Shown here: positions 54,076 through 63,078 of the stretch, piece after piece
How the letters are laid out: every line of letters starts with the position of its first letter
Numbering within the stretch: the stretch's first letter is position 1
Notes under the pieces: generated by a model
The model's input: only the letters and a program-made list of their open reading frames with translations
Databases searched by the model: none
What the model was told of the DNA's origin: nothing
Translations under genes and position numbers: made by a program
From: an uncultured Gemmatimonadales bacterium
GTDB lineage: Bacteria; Gemmatimonadota; Gemmatimonadetes; Longimicrobiales; RSA9
Reading direction: 5' to 3'
Assembly: GCA_963816355.1 (NCBI GenBank)
Contig: CAWFKH010000003.1
Coordinates: forward strand, 1,312,001-1,376,000
DNA length: 64,000 nucleotides

Positions 54076-56117
54076 CACCGCCCTTCCTCTCCGACCAGCG
54101 TGACGACGGCGCCGGCCGCCTCGAGCGCCCCCTCCTGCGGCGCCGCCGAACGCACCGTCCCGCTGCCGTGCACGCGCACCCGGAAGCCCTGCAGGTGGAG
54201 GCGGCGAGCGGCGTCGCGCAGCGGCAGTCCGACGACCCGCGGCACCGGCCGCGCCGCACCGTCGCCCGCCCGCGCCGCCTCCACCCCTCCGCCATGGGCG
54301 GCATCGGCGCCATCGGCGGCGTGCGCGGCATCGGCGGCGTGCGCGGCGGTGGCGAGCGTGAGCACGACCGGCTCGCCCGGCTCCTCCACCCCCTCGGCGG
54401 CGGCGGCGATCGCCGGCGCCGCGCGCGGCGGCAGCGAGGGGCCGCGCTGCGCGACGGCGGCGCGATCGAGCGGCGCGCGGCGCGACGCGAGCGCCGCCGC
54501 GAGCGTGGCGCGCATCACCGGCGCCGCGGTCGCGCCGCCGTAGTAGGATCCCTTCGGTCGATCCAGCTTCACCAGAAACACCAGTTGCGGCTCCTCCGCG
54601 GGAAAGAATCCCGCGAACGATGCGGAGTAGGCGCCCGCTTCGTAGCGGCCGCCGACGAATCGACGCGCGGTGCCCGTCTTGCCCGCGACCGCAAAATCGC
54701 CGAGCGAGGCATTGGTCCCCGTGCCGCCGGTGACGACGTCGCGCAGCGCGCTGCGCACCTGCGCCGCGACGTCGCCGGAGACGACGCGCCGCACCGCACG
54801 AGGCTCCGACCGCAGCTCCACCCGGCCGTCCCTGGAGCGCACTTCCCGGACCAGCCTCGGCTCCATCAGCACGCCGCCGTTCGCCAGGGCGCCGTAGGCG
54901 AGCGTGATCTGCAGCGGCGTGACCGAGAACTCGTAGCCGATCGCGTGGCTCGCCTGTGAATAGCGCGTCCAAGCGGCCGGCCGCCGCAACAGGCCGCCGG
55001 ACTCGGCCGGATAGTCGATCCCCGTGGGCGTGCCGAAGCCGAAGTCGCGCAGGAACCGGTACTGCTCCTCGGGATCGAGACGCGCCGACATCTTCGACAT
55101 CGCGATGTTGGAGGAGTGCTCGAGCGCGTCGTGCAGCGTGAGCCAGCCGAAGCGCTCCACGTCCTGGATCGTGCGCCCGTCGTGGACCCAGCGGCCGTTC
55201 TCCGCGAAGACCGAGTCGGTCATGCGCGCGCGGTGGTCCTGCAGCAGCGTCGCCACCAGGAACGGCTTCGCCGTGGAGCCCGGCTCGTACGGCGCCAGCG
55301 CCGCCGACCACGTCTGCGAGCCGTCCCGTCGCTCGCTCACCGCGGCGAGGATCTCGCCGGTCTCGGGATCGCAGATGATCAGGTCCGCGCCGGCCGCCTC
55401 CGTCTCGTCCATTGCGTCGCTCAACGCCTCCTCGGCGATCTCCTGCAGGTCGGCGTCGATCGTGAGGTAGACGTCGTGACCCGGGACCGGCTCGCGCACC
55501 TGCAACATCGCGCCCGGGATCGGCCGCCCGCGTGCATCGCGCCGCACCACTGTCTCGCCCGGTGCGCCACTCAGGAGCGAGTCGTATTCGAGCTCGACGC
55601 CCCCGAGGGCGCGGCCGTCCGAGGAGACCCGGCCCAGCAGCACCAGCCCGATCGGGCCGCGCGGATAGAAGCGCTCCAGCACCCGCTCGAAGTGGATGCC
55701 CCGCACGCCGTCCAGGTCGCGCCGCGCTTCCACGTCGTACAGGCCCGGGATCACGACCCAGCGCCGCCGCGCGTCCAGCGCCCGGGCGGCCTGCCGCGCC
55801 GTCAGTCCGAGCGCCTTCCGCAGGCGGCCCCTCGCCGCGCCCCGATCGCGCACCTCCTGGGGCGCGACCGCAACCCGGAACATCTCCCGACTCGCCGCGA
55901 GCGGAACGCCGTTGCGATCGTAGATCGTTCCGCGCGGCGCGGGGACCGTCAGCCGCTCCCGCTGCTGGTCGGTCGCCCGCTCCTTCCAGGTCTCCGCCTC
56001 CAGAATCTGGAGCTCCACCGCCCGACCCAACACGACCGCGGAGCCCAGCACCAGCGCCGCCAGAAGCGTTCTCCGACGACGCGCATGTTTCGGTGCGGAG
56101 CGCGACATGCCGCTCAT
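54072..56117 (-). CDS. ftsI: Division transpeptidase FtsI/PBP3 with C-terminal PASTA domain
   Basis: RGTIYDRNG, EPGSTAK (SxxK), SSN, GKTGT; PASTA-like VPRVVGLPLRDA. Confidence 0.94.
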   Translation of the reverse strand: MSGMSRSAPKHARRRRTLLAALVLGSAVVLGRAVELQILEAETWKERATDQQRERLTVPAPRGTIYDRNGVPLAASREMFRVAVAPQEVRDRGAARGRLRKALGLTARQAARALDARRRWVVIPGLYDVEARRDLDGVRGIHFERVLERFYPRGPIGLVLLGRVSSDGRALGGVELEYDSLLSGAPGETVVRRDARGRPIPGAMLQVREPVPGHDVYLTIDADLQEIAEEALSDAMDETEAAGADLIICDPETGEILAAVSERRDGSQTWSAALAPYEPGSTAKPFLVATLLQDHRARMTDSVFAENGRWVHDGRTIQDVERFGWLTLHDALEHSSNIAMSKMSARLDPEEQYRFLRDFGFGTPTGIDYPAESGGLLRRPAAWTRYSQASHAIGYEFSVTPLQITLAYGALANGGVLMEPRLVREVRSRDGRVELRSEPRAVRRVVSGDVAAQVRSALRDVVTGGTGTNASLGDFAVAGKTGTARRFVGGRYEAGAYSASFAGFFPAEEPQLVFLVKLDRPKGSYYGGATAAPVMRATLAAALASRRAPLDRAAVAQRGPSLPPRAAPAIAAAAEGVEEPGEPVVLTLATAAHAADAAHAADGADAAHGGGVEAARAGDGAARPVPRVVGLPLRDAARRLHLQGFRVRVHGSGTVRSAAPQEGALEAAGAVVTLVGEEGRW
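54311..54346. repeat. Exact 18-bp tandem duplication (CATCGGCGGCGTGCGCGG x2) in the ftsI linker
   Basis: Encodes AHAADA repeats before the PASTA domain. Confidence 0.85.
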
Positions 56118-56533
56118 CCTCCGACGGACGTCACCGTCCGCCGGGCATCCGCACCGCCGGGTATGGCCTCCCCGCCTTCCCCGGTATCCGTTCCGCCTCT
56201 ATCGGCGCGGGCGAGCATCCCCGCACCCTCAGCCGACCCCCGCGGGGTCAGCGGCAGGATCACGATCTCCGTGCCATCCGGCACGTGCATGCCGAGACGC
56301 TCCCGCGCCGCGGCCACCACCCTCGTGCGGCTCTCGAGCGTCTGTACCCGACGCTGCAGCTCCGCCCGCTCCGACTCCGCCATCGCCCGCTCCGCGCGCA
56401 CGCCGTCCAGTCCCCGCAGAACATCCAGCGCGCGGCTCTGCCTCCGCACGACGAAGCTCAGCGCCGCGAGCAGCACCGCGAACCCCAACGCGGCGCGCAA
56501 CGCGCCCGGAATGCCGTGCCGCGGCTTCGCCAT
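56114..56533 (-). CDS. ftsL: Cell division protein FtsL-like
   Basis: Single TM plus coiled coil, LESRTRVVAAARERLGM; lies between rsmH and ftsI. Confidence 0.8.
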   Translation of the reverse strand: MAKPRHGIPGALRAALGFAVLLAALSFVVRRQSRALDVLRGLDGVRAERAMAESERAELQRRVQTLESRTRVVAAARERLGMHVPDGTEIVILPLTPRGSAEGAGMLARADRGGTDTGEGGEAIPGGADARRTVTSVGG

Positions 56534-57501
56534 CACGCGGCCTTCCGCCACGCCCGCAGCAGCGCGCTGCGCGAGCGCGGATTGCGCGCCACCTCCGCCG
56601 CCGTCGGCCGCACCGGCCGCCGCGTCAGCACCTCCCCCAACGTGCGACCACGGCAGCGGCATACCGGCAGCTCGGGCGGGCAGATGCACTCCCGGCTCCA
56701 CTCGCGGAACAGGTTCTTCACGATCCGATCCTCCAGCGAGTGGTACGCCAGCACGACCACCACCCCCCCGGGCTGCAGCCGCTCCTCCAGCTCCGGCAGC
56801 GCCCGCGACAGTTGCTCCAGCTCCGCGTTCACCGCGATCCGCACCGCCTGGAAGAGACGCGCGCGATCCTGCGGCTCCGTGTGTCCAAGCGTCCGGCTGA
56901 TCGACGCCATCAGGTCGTCGCTCGTCTCGTAGGGACGCTCCGCCCGCCGCCGCACGATGTCGCGCGCCAGCCGCCGCGACCGCCGCTCCTCGCCGTACTC
57001 GTAGAAGATCCGCGCGATCTCTTCCTCGGAATCCCCGTTCAGCACGTCCGCCGCTGTGCGGCCCCCGGCCGAAGGGTCCATGCGCATGTCCAGCGGCGTG
57101 CCGGGACGGAAGGAGAAGCCGCGCTGATCGCGATCGATCTGATGCGACGATACGCCCAGGTCCAGAAGCGCCCCTGCCAGCGGCGTCCCCAGCGACTCGG
57201 CGGCCTCCGCGTAGCCGCCCTCCTCGAGCGTCACGCGATCACCGTACGGTGCAAGTCGCTCCCTCGCCTTCATCAGCGCCTCCGGATCCCGATCCGCGCC
57301 CCTCAACCTGGTTTGCTCACTCGATTTCAGAATCGCTTCGGCATGCCCGCCCCCACCCACCGTCCCGTCGAAGAACAACCCGCCACGCTCCGGCTCCAGA
57401 TACCGCAGCACCTCCTCCACCATCACCGGAACGTGGTACGCTTTCCCACCCTCCCTCCCCTCGCCGCCGTCGCGTCCCTCGCCCTCCTCCGGCTCGCTCA
57501 A
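56533..57501 (-). CDS. rsmH: 16S rRNA m4C1402 methyltransferase
   Basis: YHVPVM, DGTVGGGGH, DLGVSSHQ, RGFSF, PLDMRM, YHSLEDRIVK, NPRSRSA. Confidence 0.96.
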   Translation of the reverse strand: MSEPEEGEGRDGGEGREGGKAYHVPVMVEEVLRYLEPERGGLFFDGTVGGGGHAEAILKSSEQTRLRGADRDPEALMKARERLAPYGDRVTLEEGGYAEAAESLGTPLAGALLDLGVSSHQIDRDQRGFSFRPGTPLDMRMDPSAGGRTAADVLNGDSEEEIARIFYEYGEERRSRRLARDIVRRRAERPYETSDDLMASISRTLGHTEPQDRARLFQAVRIAVNAELEQLSRALPELEERLQPGGVVVVLAYHSLEDRIVKNLFREWSRECICPPELPVCRCRGRTLGEVLTRRPVRPTAAEVARNPRSRSALLRAWRKAA

Positions 57502-57926
57502 CGGAAGATCTGCGGGGCGAAACGCTCGAAATCCCCCGCCCCCGCCCGCGTCGCCTCTTCGAATCGGCGCGGGTTCCAGATCTCGACCTTGTCGATCGCC
57601 CCGACGAGCAACGCCTCACCCTCCAGCTTAGCCGCCTCCTGCAGCCGCGACGGAATCAGGATCCGGCCCTGGGCGTCCGGCGTCACCTCCACCGCGCTCG
57701 ACAGCACCGACAACACGTAGAGCCGCGCCTCCGGCTGGTGCCGCAGCAGTTCCTGCAGCCGCTCCTCGACAGCCCCCCACCCCGTCTCCGGATACAGCGC
57801 CAACGAGGGCGCGAACGCCTGTACCAGGACGAACGGCCCCTCGGGCGCCTCCTTCCGGAAGGCGGCGGGCAGGCTCACGCGACCCTTACGGTCGAGCTGA
57901 TAGGTGTAGCTTCCGAGGAACTTCAC
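57498..57926 (-). CDS. mraZ: Transcriptional regulator MraZ
   Basis: FLGSY...LDRKGRVSLP and DAQGRILIP repeats, VEIW; GTG start. Confidence 0.95.
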   Translation of the reverse strand: MKFLGSYTYQLDRKGRVSLPAAFRKEAPEGPFVLVQAFAPSLALYPETGWGAVEERLQELLRHQPEARLYVLSVLSSAVEVTPDAQGRILIPSRLQEAAKLEGEALLVGAIDKVEIWNPRRFEEATRAGAGDFERFAPQIFR

Positions 57927-57960
57927 GCGTCTCGCGCTCTCCTCGACCCGCGGCGAGTTT

Positions 57961-58017
57961 CCCCACAATTCCCCACTATCCCCCACACGATGCCACCCAA
58001 GGTAGACCGCGCCCCAC
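57961..58017 (-). promoter_or_regulatory. MraZ-binding (dcw) boxes: GTGG(G) repeats at 10-bp period
   Basis: CCAC on the plus strand at 57963, 57973, 57983 and 57993, plus a fifth at 58014. Confidence 0.85.
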
Positions 58018-58027
58018 ATCGCGTCAA
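57999..58027 (-). promoter_or_regulatory. sigma70-type dcw promoter
   Basis: Minus strand TTGACG-N17-TACCTT directly upstream of the MraZ boxes. Confidence 0.7.
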
Positions 58028-58194
58028 GAGTCTCCTCGCGGCCGTCCGCAACCGCCCCGGTGCGGAGCCGGAGAGGGCACCATGCCAGCGTTTCCGCGCG
58101 CTCCGTCCGGCGCGGGCGGGCTCAGGCCTTGCGTGAGGGGGAGGTCGATCCGTTGGAGAGATTCCGCGCGGGCGACCTACCGAGGAAGAGGGCC

Positions 58195-59121
58195 TTGAAG
58201 ATCGCGCTGATCATGCATCCCCGTCCGGAGAGCGGACGGGTGGAGGAGTTCCAGGAGCATGTGGCGAAGCTGCGCGCGGCGGGGCACGAGGTGCGGCCAC
58301 GGCTCACCTTCGAAGGGGGGGATGCGGCTCGGTATGCCGCGGCGGCCGTGCGAGCGGGCTGCGACGTGGTGGTGGCGGCGGGGGGTGACGGGACGGTGAA
58401 CGAAGTGGTGAACGGGCTGGGGCGCGGTGGGGGCGGCGGGGGCGGGGGGGGCGGGGGCGCGGGGGCGGGTCGGCGGCGCCGCCGGCCGCGGCTGGCCGTC
58501 GTGCCGACGGGGACGGCGAACGACTTCGCGGCCGGCCTCGGTCTGCCGGAGGACGCGGGCGAGGCGCTGCGGGTGGCGGTGGAGGGGCGGGCCATGGCGG
58601 TGGACGTGGCGCGGGTGAACCGGCGCCGTTTTATCAACGCGTCCACGGGTGGCTTCGGCGCGGAGGCGACGGAGAGCACGTCGTCGGAGACGAAGCGGCT
58701 TCTGGGCGCGTGGGCGTACGTGATCACGGGCGTGAAGAAGTTCGTGGAGCTGCGTGGCGTGGAGGCGCGTTTCACGGCGGACGGCAAGCTGCTTCACGAG
58801 GGGAGCTTCATGCTCTTCGCCGTGGGGAACGGGCGTCAAACGGGAGGGGGCAGCCTGCTCACGCCGCGGGCGGAGGTCGACGACGGCTGGCTGGACGTGC
58901 TGGTGGTGCCGGAGCTGCCCCGAGTCGACTTCCTCGCGCTGCTGCCGGATCTGCGCTCGGGGACGCACCTGCAGAGTCCGGACGTCATCTACGGTCAGGC
59001 GCGGGAGCTGCGGGTCGATGCGAAGGAGGACCTCAGCGTCAACGCGGACGGCGAGCCGCTGCGGGGACGCCGCTTCCGCTATGGCGTGGAGCCGGAGCCG
59101 CTCGAGGTGATGGTGCCGTGA
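58195..59121 (+). CDS. YegS/DAGK-family lipid kinase with a poly-Gly insertion
   Basis: AAGGDGTVNEVVNG, PTGTANDFA, FINASTGGFGA, GNGRQTGGG, DDGWLDV, NADGE; TTG start. Confidence 0.9.
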   Translation: MKIALIMHPRPESGRVEEFQEHVAKLRAAGHEVRPRLTFEGGDAARYAAAAVRAGCDVVVAAGGDGTVNEVVNGLGRGGGGGGGGGGGAGAGRRRRRPRLAVVPTGTANDFAAGLGLPEDAGEALRVAVEGRAMAVDVARVNRRRFINASTGGFGAEATESTSSETKRLLGAWAYVITGVKKFVELRGVEARFTADGKLLHEGSFMLFAVGNGRQTGGGSLLTPRAEVDDGWLDVLVVPELPRVDFLALLPDLRSGTHLQSPDVIYGQARELRVDAKEDLSVNADGEPLRGRRFRYGVEPEPLEVMVP

Positions 59122-59159
59122 GGGCGCGGTCGCCGCCCGGCGACCGCGCGCTCACGTTT
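59117..59159. terminator. Long hairpin between the convergent lipid-kinase and TPR genes; probable bidirectional terminator
   Basis: GCGCGGTCGCC-GCCC-GGCGACCGCGC extended by CGTGAG/CTCACG and followed by TTT. Confidence 0.65.
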
Positions 59160-59167
59160 GCGTGGCC

Positions 59168-60919
59168 TCAGTGGCCTCGCTTGATGATGAGCTGCTGGAT
59201 GTCGATGTACTGGTCGACCACGCCGAGGATCTTCGCCAGGTCGATCGAGGAGTCGGTGCGCGCGTAAGGCTCGCCCGCCTTGAGGAGCGGCTTCGCGGCC
59301 TGGAAGAGCGGGAGCGCCTTCTTCGCGGCGGCGAGGTTCTGCGGCTTGGCGGCGTCGACGCCCAGCAGGTAGAGGGCGTAGCCGTGGAAGAAGTTGGCCA
59401 TCCCCTTCGTGCGGGGCTGGGTCGCGTAGTCGGCTGCGAGGTCGAAGTAGTTGATCGCGGCGTCGCGCGCGCCCTTCTGGAACTTGTCGCGATAGCCGGT
59501 GGCGAAGACCACCTGGGCGAGCTGATCGGAGAGGTTCGCCTTGTCCTCGGGAGTCTGCTGCGCGGCGAGGGCCTTGTCGAACACCTGGCGGGCCTGCGAG
59601 ATCTTGCCGGCCTGCACCAGCCACTGCCCCTCGAGCGCGTAGGCGTTCCTGACGGTCGGGTCGAGCTGCAGCGCCTTGCCCATGGCGTCCAGCGCACCGT
59701 TCAGATCGCCCGACTTGTTGAGCGCGATCGCGTAGGCGTACCAGATCTGCGGATCGTCCTTCTTGGTGGCGGTGATCTTCTGGCCGAGCTGCTTCGCCTC
59801 GTCCGTGCGGTCGAGCTGCACCAGCACGCTGATCATGTTGCGGAGCATCTGGCTGTCGGCCGAGTCGCCCTTCGCCGCGTAGACCTTGCGGTACGCGGCG
59901 AGCGCGGTGTTGTAGAGCTCCATCGCCTGCGGGCTCACCGCCTGCTGACCGTCGGCACCCTGGTTCTGCTCCTCCTTCGTCGCCGTGGCGAGAGCGAAGT
60001 GTCCGATGTACTCGGTCAGCGTGAGGTTGGCGGAATCGTTCGCCTCCTGTGCGATGCGGAGCGCGCCCTCGGGATCGCCGGCGTTCGCGAGGTCGTTGGC
60101 GACCGTGAGGCGGACGTCCACGTCCCCCGGATTGAGCTGGAGGTAGTCGTGGAAGTACTTCCGGGCCGCGTCGTTCCTGTTCAGCTTCGCCGCGACGACG
60201 CCGGCGGTCTTCATGGCGTCCTGGTCGGCGGGATTCAGCACCAGCACCTTGTCGAGCAGATCGAGCGCCTGCGAGAGCGAGTCCATCTGCATCAGGGCGC
60301 GCGCCTTGCCGTAGAGCGCCGTCGCCGACTTCGGATTGATCGTCAGCGCCTTGTCGCAGCTCTCCACGGCGGCGGGCCACTGGCTGCTGTTCAGGTAGTC
60401 GTAGCAGTAGGCGGTCTGGGCGAGCTGACCGACGTAGTCGTGGAAGCTCTGGAAGATCTGCTGCGCCGCCTGCTTCGCGTCCGACGACTGGAAGGGCGGC
60501 ACGTCGTAGGTCTCGCCCTTGTCCGAGCTGATGAAGCGGGCGGTGATCTGCCTGTCCGGGGTGTAGGTCCCGCACATGACGAGCTGCACGTTCATCTGGA
60601 TCGCGAGCTGGCGGCTCTTGATGCAGTCCAGGTCCTCGTCCTTGAGGCCGTACTTCTTGAGCGCCTTCTTGAGATCGTCTCTGTCGACCGGCTGGTGCGT
60701 GGCCATGTCGCCGATCAGCTTCGTCGTCTCTTTCGAGACGTCTTCGCCGAATCCCTTGTCCGCGCCGTTCGCCGGCTGCAGGTTGGCCACCAGCACCTTG
60801 TAGCGCTCCTGGGACTGCTGCCCCCCCGCCTGGGCCGCCACCGGCGCAGCGCCGATCCCGAGGGCGAGGAGCAGGAACGGCAGTGCGCGTGGCAGCCGCT
60901 GCGTGAACGATCGCTTCAT
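59168..60919 (-). CDS. Exported TPR-repeat protein
   Basis: Signal peptide ending VAA-Q; repeated TPR patterns (KALTINP, KVLVLNP, YLQLNP, KALQLDP); GGAG RBS. Confidence 0.88.
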   Translation of the reverse strand: MKRSFTQRLPRALPFLLLALGIGAAPVAAQAGGQQSQERYKVLVANLQPANGADKGFGEDVSKETTKLIGDMATHQPVDRDDLKKALKKYGLKDEDLDCIKSRQLAIQMNVQLVMCGTYTPDRQITARFISSDKGETYDVPPFQSSDAKQAAQQIFQSFHDYVGQLAQTAYCYDYLNSSQWPAAVESCDKALTINPKSATALYGKARALMQMDSLSQALDLLDKVLVLNPADQDAMKTAGVVAAKLNRNDAARKYFHDYLQLNPGDVDVRLTVANDLANAGDPEGALRIAQEANDSANLTLTEYIGHFALATATKEEQNQGADGQQAVSPQAMELYNTALAAYRKVYAAKGDSADSQMLRNMISVLVQLDRTDEAKQLGQKITATKKDDPQIWYAYAIALNKSGDLNGALDAMGKALQLDPTVRNAYALEGQWLVQAGKISQARQVFDKALAAQQTPEDKANLSDQLAQVVFATGYRDKFQKGARDAAINYFDLAADYATQPRTKGMANFFHGYALYLLGVDAAKPQNLAAAKKALPLFQAAKPLLKAGEPYARTDSSIDLAKILGVVDQYIDIQQLIIKRGH

Positions 60920-61086
60920 GTGGGCGGTTCTCCGTGTCTTGGAGGGACTCAGCGAACGGCCGGACGGCAGCCGCTCACATCGTTCTAAACCCAGAGACAG
61001 CATAAGTTTCCACCGTCAATGCGGCCGTGCGACCGTTCATCCCCACGGGTGCGCTGGACGGCCGAGCGGAGAGCTCGGAATCAGCC

Positions 61087-61115
61087 AAGCTATGGGCGCG
61101 TTTCGGGCGTCGCAA
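61087..61115 (-). promoter_or_regulatory. sigma70-type promoter of the TPR gene
   Basis: Minus strand TTGCGA-N17-TAGCTT. Confidence 0.5.
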
Positions 61116-61211
61116 GCGTTTCCGCGCGCCGGTCCACGAACCGTCCAAATCGCACTTCGAGCCGTACCATGCAGGACGCGAGCCGTAGGGTCGCACCGGG
61201 ACGCGATCGGG

Positions 61212-62906
61212 CTATACAGCGAATCGCCGGGCTTGTTCCTCGGTTCCCCCGTCGATCTCGAGAGTGGGCCGCGGGGGTGTGGGAGGCGCGGGCTCCGGGA
61301 GGCGGAAACGGCCCGCCATCGCGTCGAGCTCCTCGGCCATGCGGGCGAGCTGGCGGCTGCTCGCTGTGAGCTCTTCCATCGCCGCGACCTGCTCCTGCGT
61401 GGCGGCTGCGTTCTGCTGCGCGCCGTCCATGGCGGTGCGCACGATGGCGTCGACGCGCCCCATCGCCTGCTGCAGGCGCTGCATGCCTTCGGCCTGTCGT
61501 TGAACGGCGGTGGAGAAGGCTTCGATCGACGCGGCGGCGTGCTCGAAGCCTTCGACCATTCCGGTCAGCGCGCCCCGGCTCGCGGCGGCGACCTCGCCGA
61601 CGCCGGAGAGGCGCTCGTCGCCCGCCTCGAGCACGCGGCGGACGTCGCCGATCGCGGCGCGCACGTCCTCGACGTCGGTGGCGACGCCGGCGGCCGAGCG
61701 GGCGGACTGCGTGGCCAGCTTGCGGATCTCGTCGGCGACGACGGCGAAGCCGCGCCCTTCGTCGCCCGCGCGCGCGGCTTCGATCGCGGCGTTCAGCGCG
61801 AGCAGGTCCGTCTGCCGCGCGATTTCCTGAATCGTGCTGACGAAGCCGCCAATGCGGTCGCGGGCGGCGTCGAGGCCCTGCATCGAGGCGCGCAGGCGGC
61901 TGAAGTCCTCGCCGATCGCGACGAGCAGGGTGGCGGCGCCGCGGACGTCGTCCGCCTGATCGCTCGCGTCCCGGGCGAGGCGGCGTGATTCGTCGGCGGA
62001 CTCGACGGCGCGCCGGCCGAGCGCACTGCTTTCGCCGGCGACGCCCTCGACGGCCTCCCGGCCGTCGGCGACGAGCTCGAGCTGCGCGACGGCGGACTCG
62101 GCGACGGCGCTCGTGGTGACGCCAATCTGCTCGGCGGAACGCTGGATCTCGTGGGCGGCGGCGGCGAGCTGGTCGGAGACGGCGGCCAGGGAGCCGGCCT
62201 GGTCCTGGATCTCGCGGACCATGTCGCCGAGCGCCTCGAGCGTGTGGTTGAGGCTGACGGAGAGGAAGCCGAGGTCGTCGAGCTGTCGATAGGGCAGCCG
62301 CACCGTGAAGTCCCCGTTTTCGACGCGCGCCAGCGCGGCGCGCAGCCGTCGCACGCGCTTCATCACCGCCGCCGGTCCCGCGACGGCGAGGATGCCGAGG
62401 CCGACCAGGAAGACGATCTCCAGGACGATGACGCGGAGCGAGGGCTCGCGGCCGGCGGCGATCTCGCCGACGTAGCGGCCCACCGGGTAGGCGAAGGCCG
62501 CCACGGCGAGCTCGACGCGGGCCGCGGCAGGCGTGCCTAGCGCGTAGGCGCCGACGGTGAGCAGGACGAGCGGCATGGCGAGGTAGCCGTGCTCGCCGAA
62601 GGCCAGGGTGAGGCCGAGGAGCAGCAGGCCGTCGACGCCGATCATGCCCCAGAACTGCCATTCGGCGAAGCGGTCGCGGCGCAACAGCGCGGCGGCACCC
62701 GCGTTGGCGGCCAGCGTGAGCAGCGCGATCGCGAGGCCGACGAGGTAAGGCGCCGGAAGGGTGTCGCTGCCGCCGGCGAGGAGCGCGAGGAAGGTCGCCA
62801 GCAGCACGATCGCCCAGCGGAAGCGGATCGCCTCGCCGTGGCGCGCCTGCATGAGCAACTGTCGCTCGCGCGCGAAGAGCTCGCGGAAGTCCACGCTCGC
62901 GGACAT
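61212..62906 (-). CDS. Methyl-accepting chemotaxis protein with a polytopic membrane sensor and HAMP domain
   Basis: About 5-6 TM helices; HAMP-like ENGDFTVRL...DDLGFL; signalling hairpin [37 protein letters not shown]. Confidence 0.94.
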   Translation of the reverse strand: MSASVDFRELFARERQLLMQARHGEAIRFRWAIVLLATFLALLAGGSDTLPAPYLVGLAIALLTLAANAGAAALLRRDRFAEWQFWGMIGVDGLLLLGLTLAFGEHGYLAMPLVLLTVGAYALGTPAAARVELAVAAFAYPVGRYVGEIAAGREPSLRVIVLEIVFLVGLGILAVAGPAAVMKRVRRLRAALARVENGDFTVRLPYRQLDDLGFLSVSLNHTLEALGDMVREIQDQAGSLAAVSDQLAAAAHEIQRSAEQIGVTTSAVAESAVAQLELVADGREAVEGVAGESSALGRRAVESADESRRLARDASDQADDVRGAATLLVAIGEDFSRLRASMQGLDAARDRIGGFVSTIQEIARQTDLLALNAAIEAARAGDEGRGFAVVADEIRKLATQSARSAAGVATDVEDVRAAIGDVRRVLEAGDERLSGVGEVAAASRGALTGMVEGFEHAAASIEAFSTAVQRQAEGMQRLQQAMGRVDAIVRTAMDGAQQNAAATQEQVAAMEELTASSRQLARMAEELDAMAGRFRLPEPAPPTPPRPTLEIDGGTEEQARRFAV

Positions 62907-62950
62907 AGGAGTTGGAATCGGCTGGGGCAGGGGGAGAGGGAGGACCCAAC

Positions 62951-62980
62951 ATCCTTACGCCGGGGCGCGCACGCTGTCAA
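62951..62980 (-). promoter_or_regulatory. Possible sigma70 promoter of the MCP gene
   Basis: Perfect TTGACA then N17 and TAAGGAT (weak -10). Confidence 0.35.
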
Positions 62981-63078
62981 GGCTCGAGGCGGCCTCGCGC
63001 GCCGGCGCTGGCGTCGCGGGAGCGGCGCGGCTACATCTGCACGCGACACGACCCCAGTGGATCGGCTCCCGGAGCGCC

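Noticed and set aside
59162..60988. 608-aa plus-strand ORF
   Set aside because: Antisense mirror of the codon-biased TPR gene; no motifs.
60920..61211. 6S RNA, RNase P RNA or another ncRNA in the intergenic gap
   Set aside because: No recognisable conserved motifs; the gap is explained by promoter and leader.
63009..63023. GG-N10-GC spacing upstream of glpD as a sigma54 site
   Set aside because: It lacks the TGGCAC and TGC context; bare GG-N10-GC is common at this GC content.
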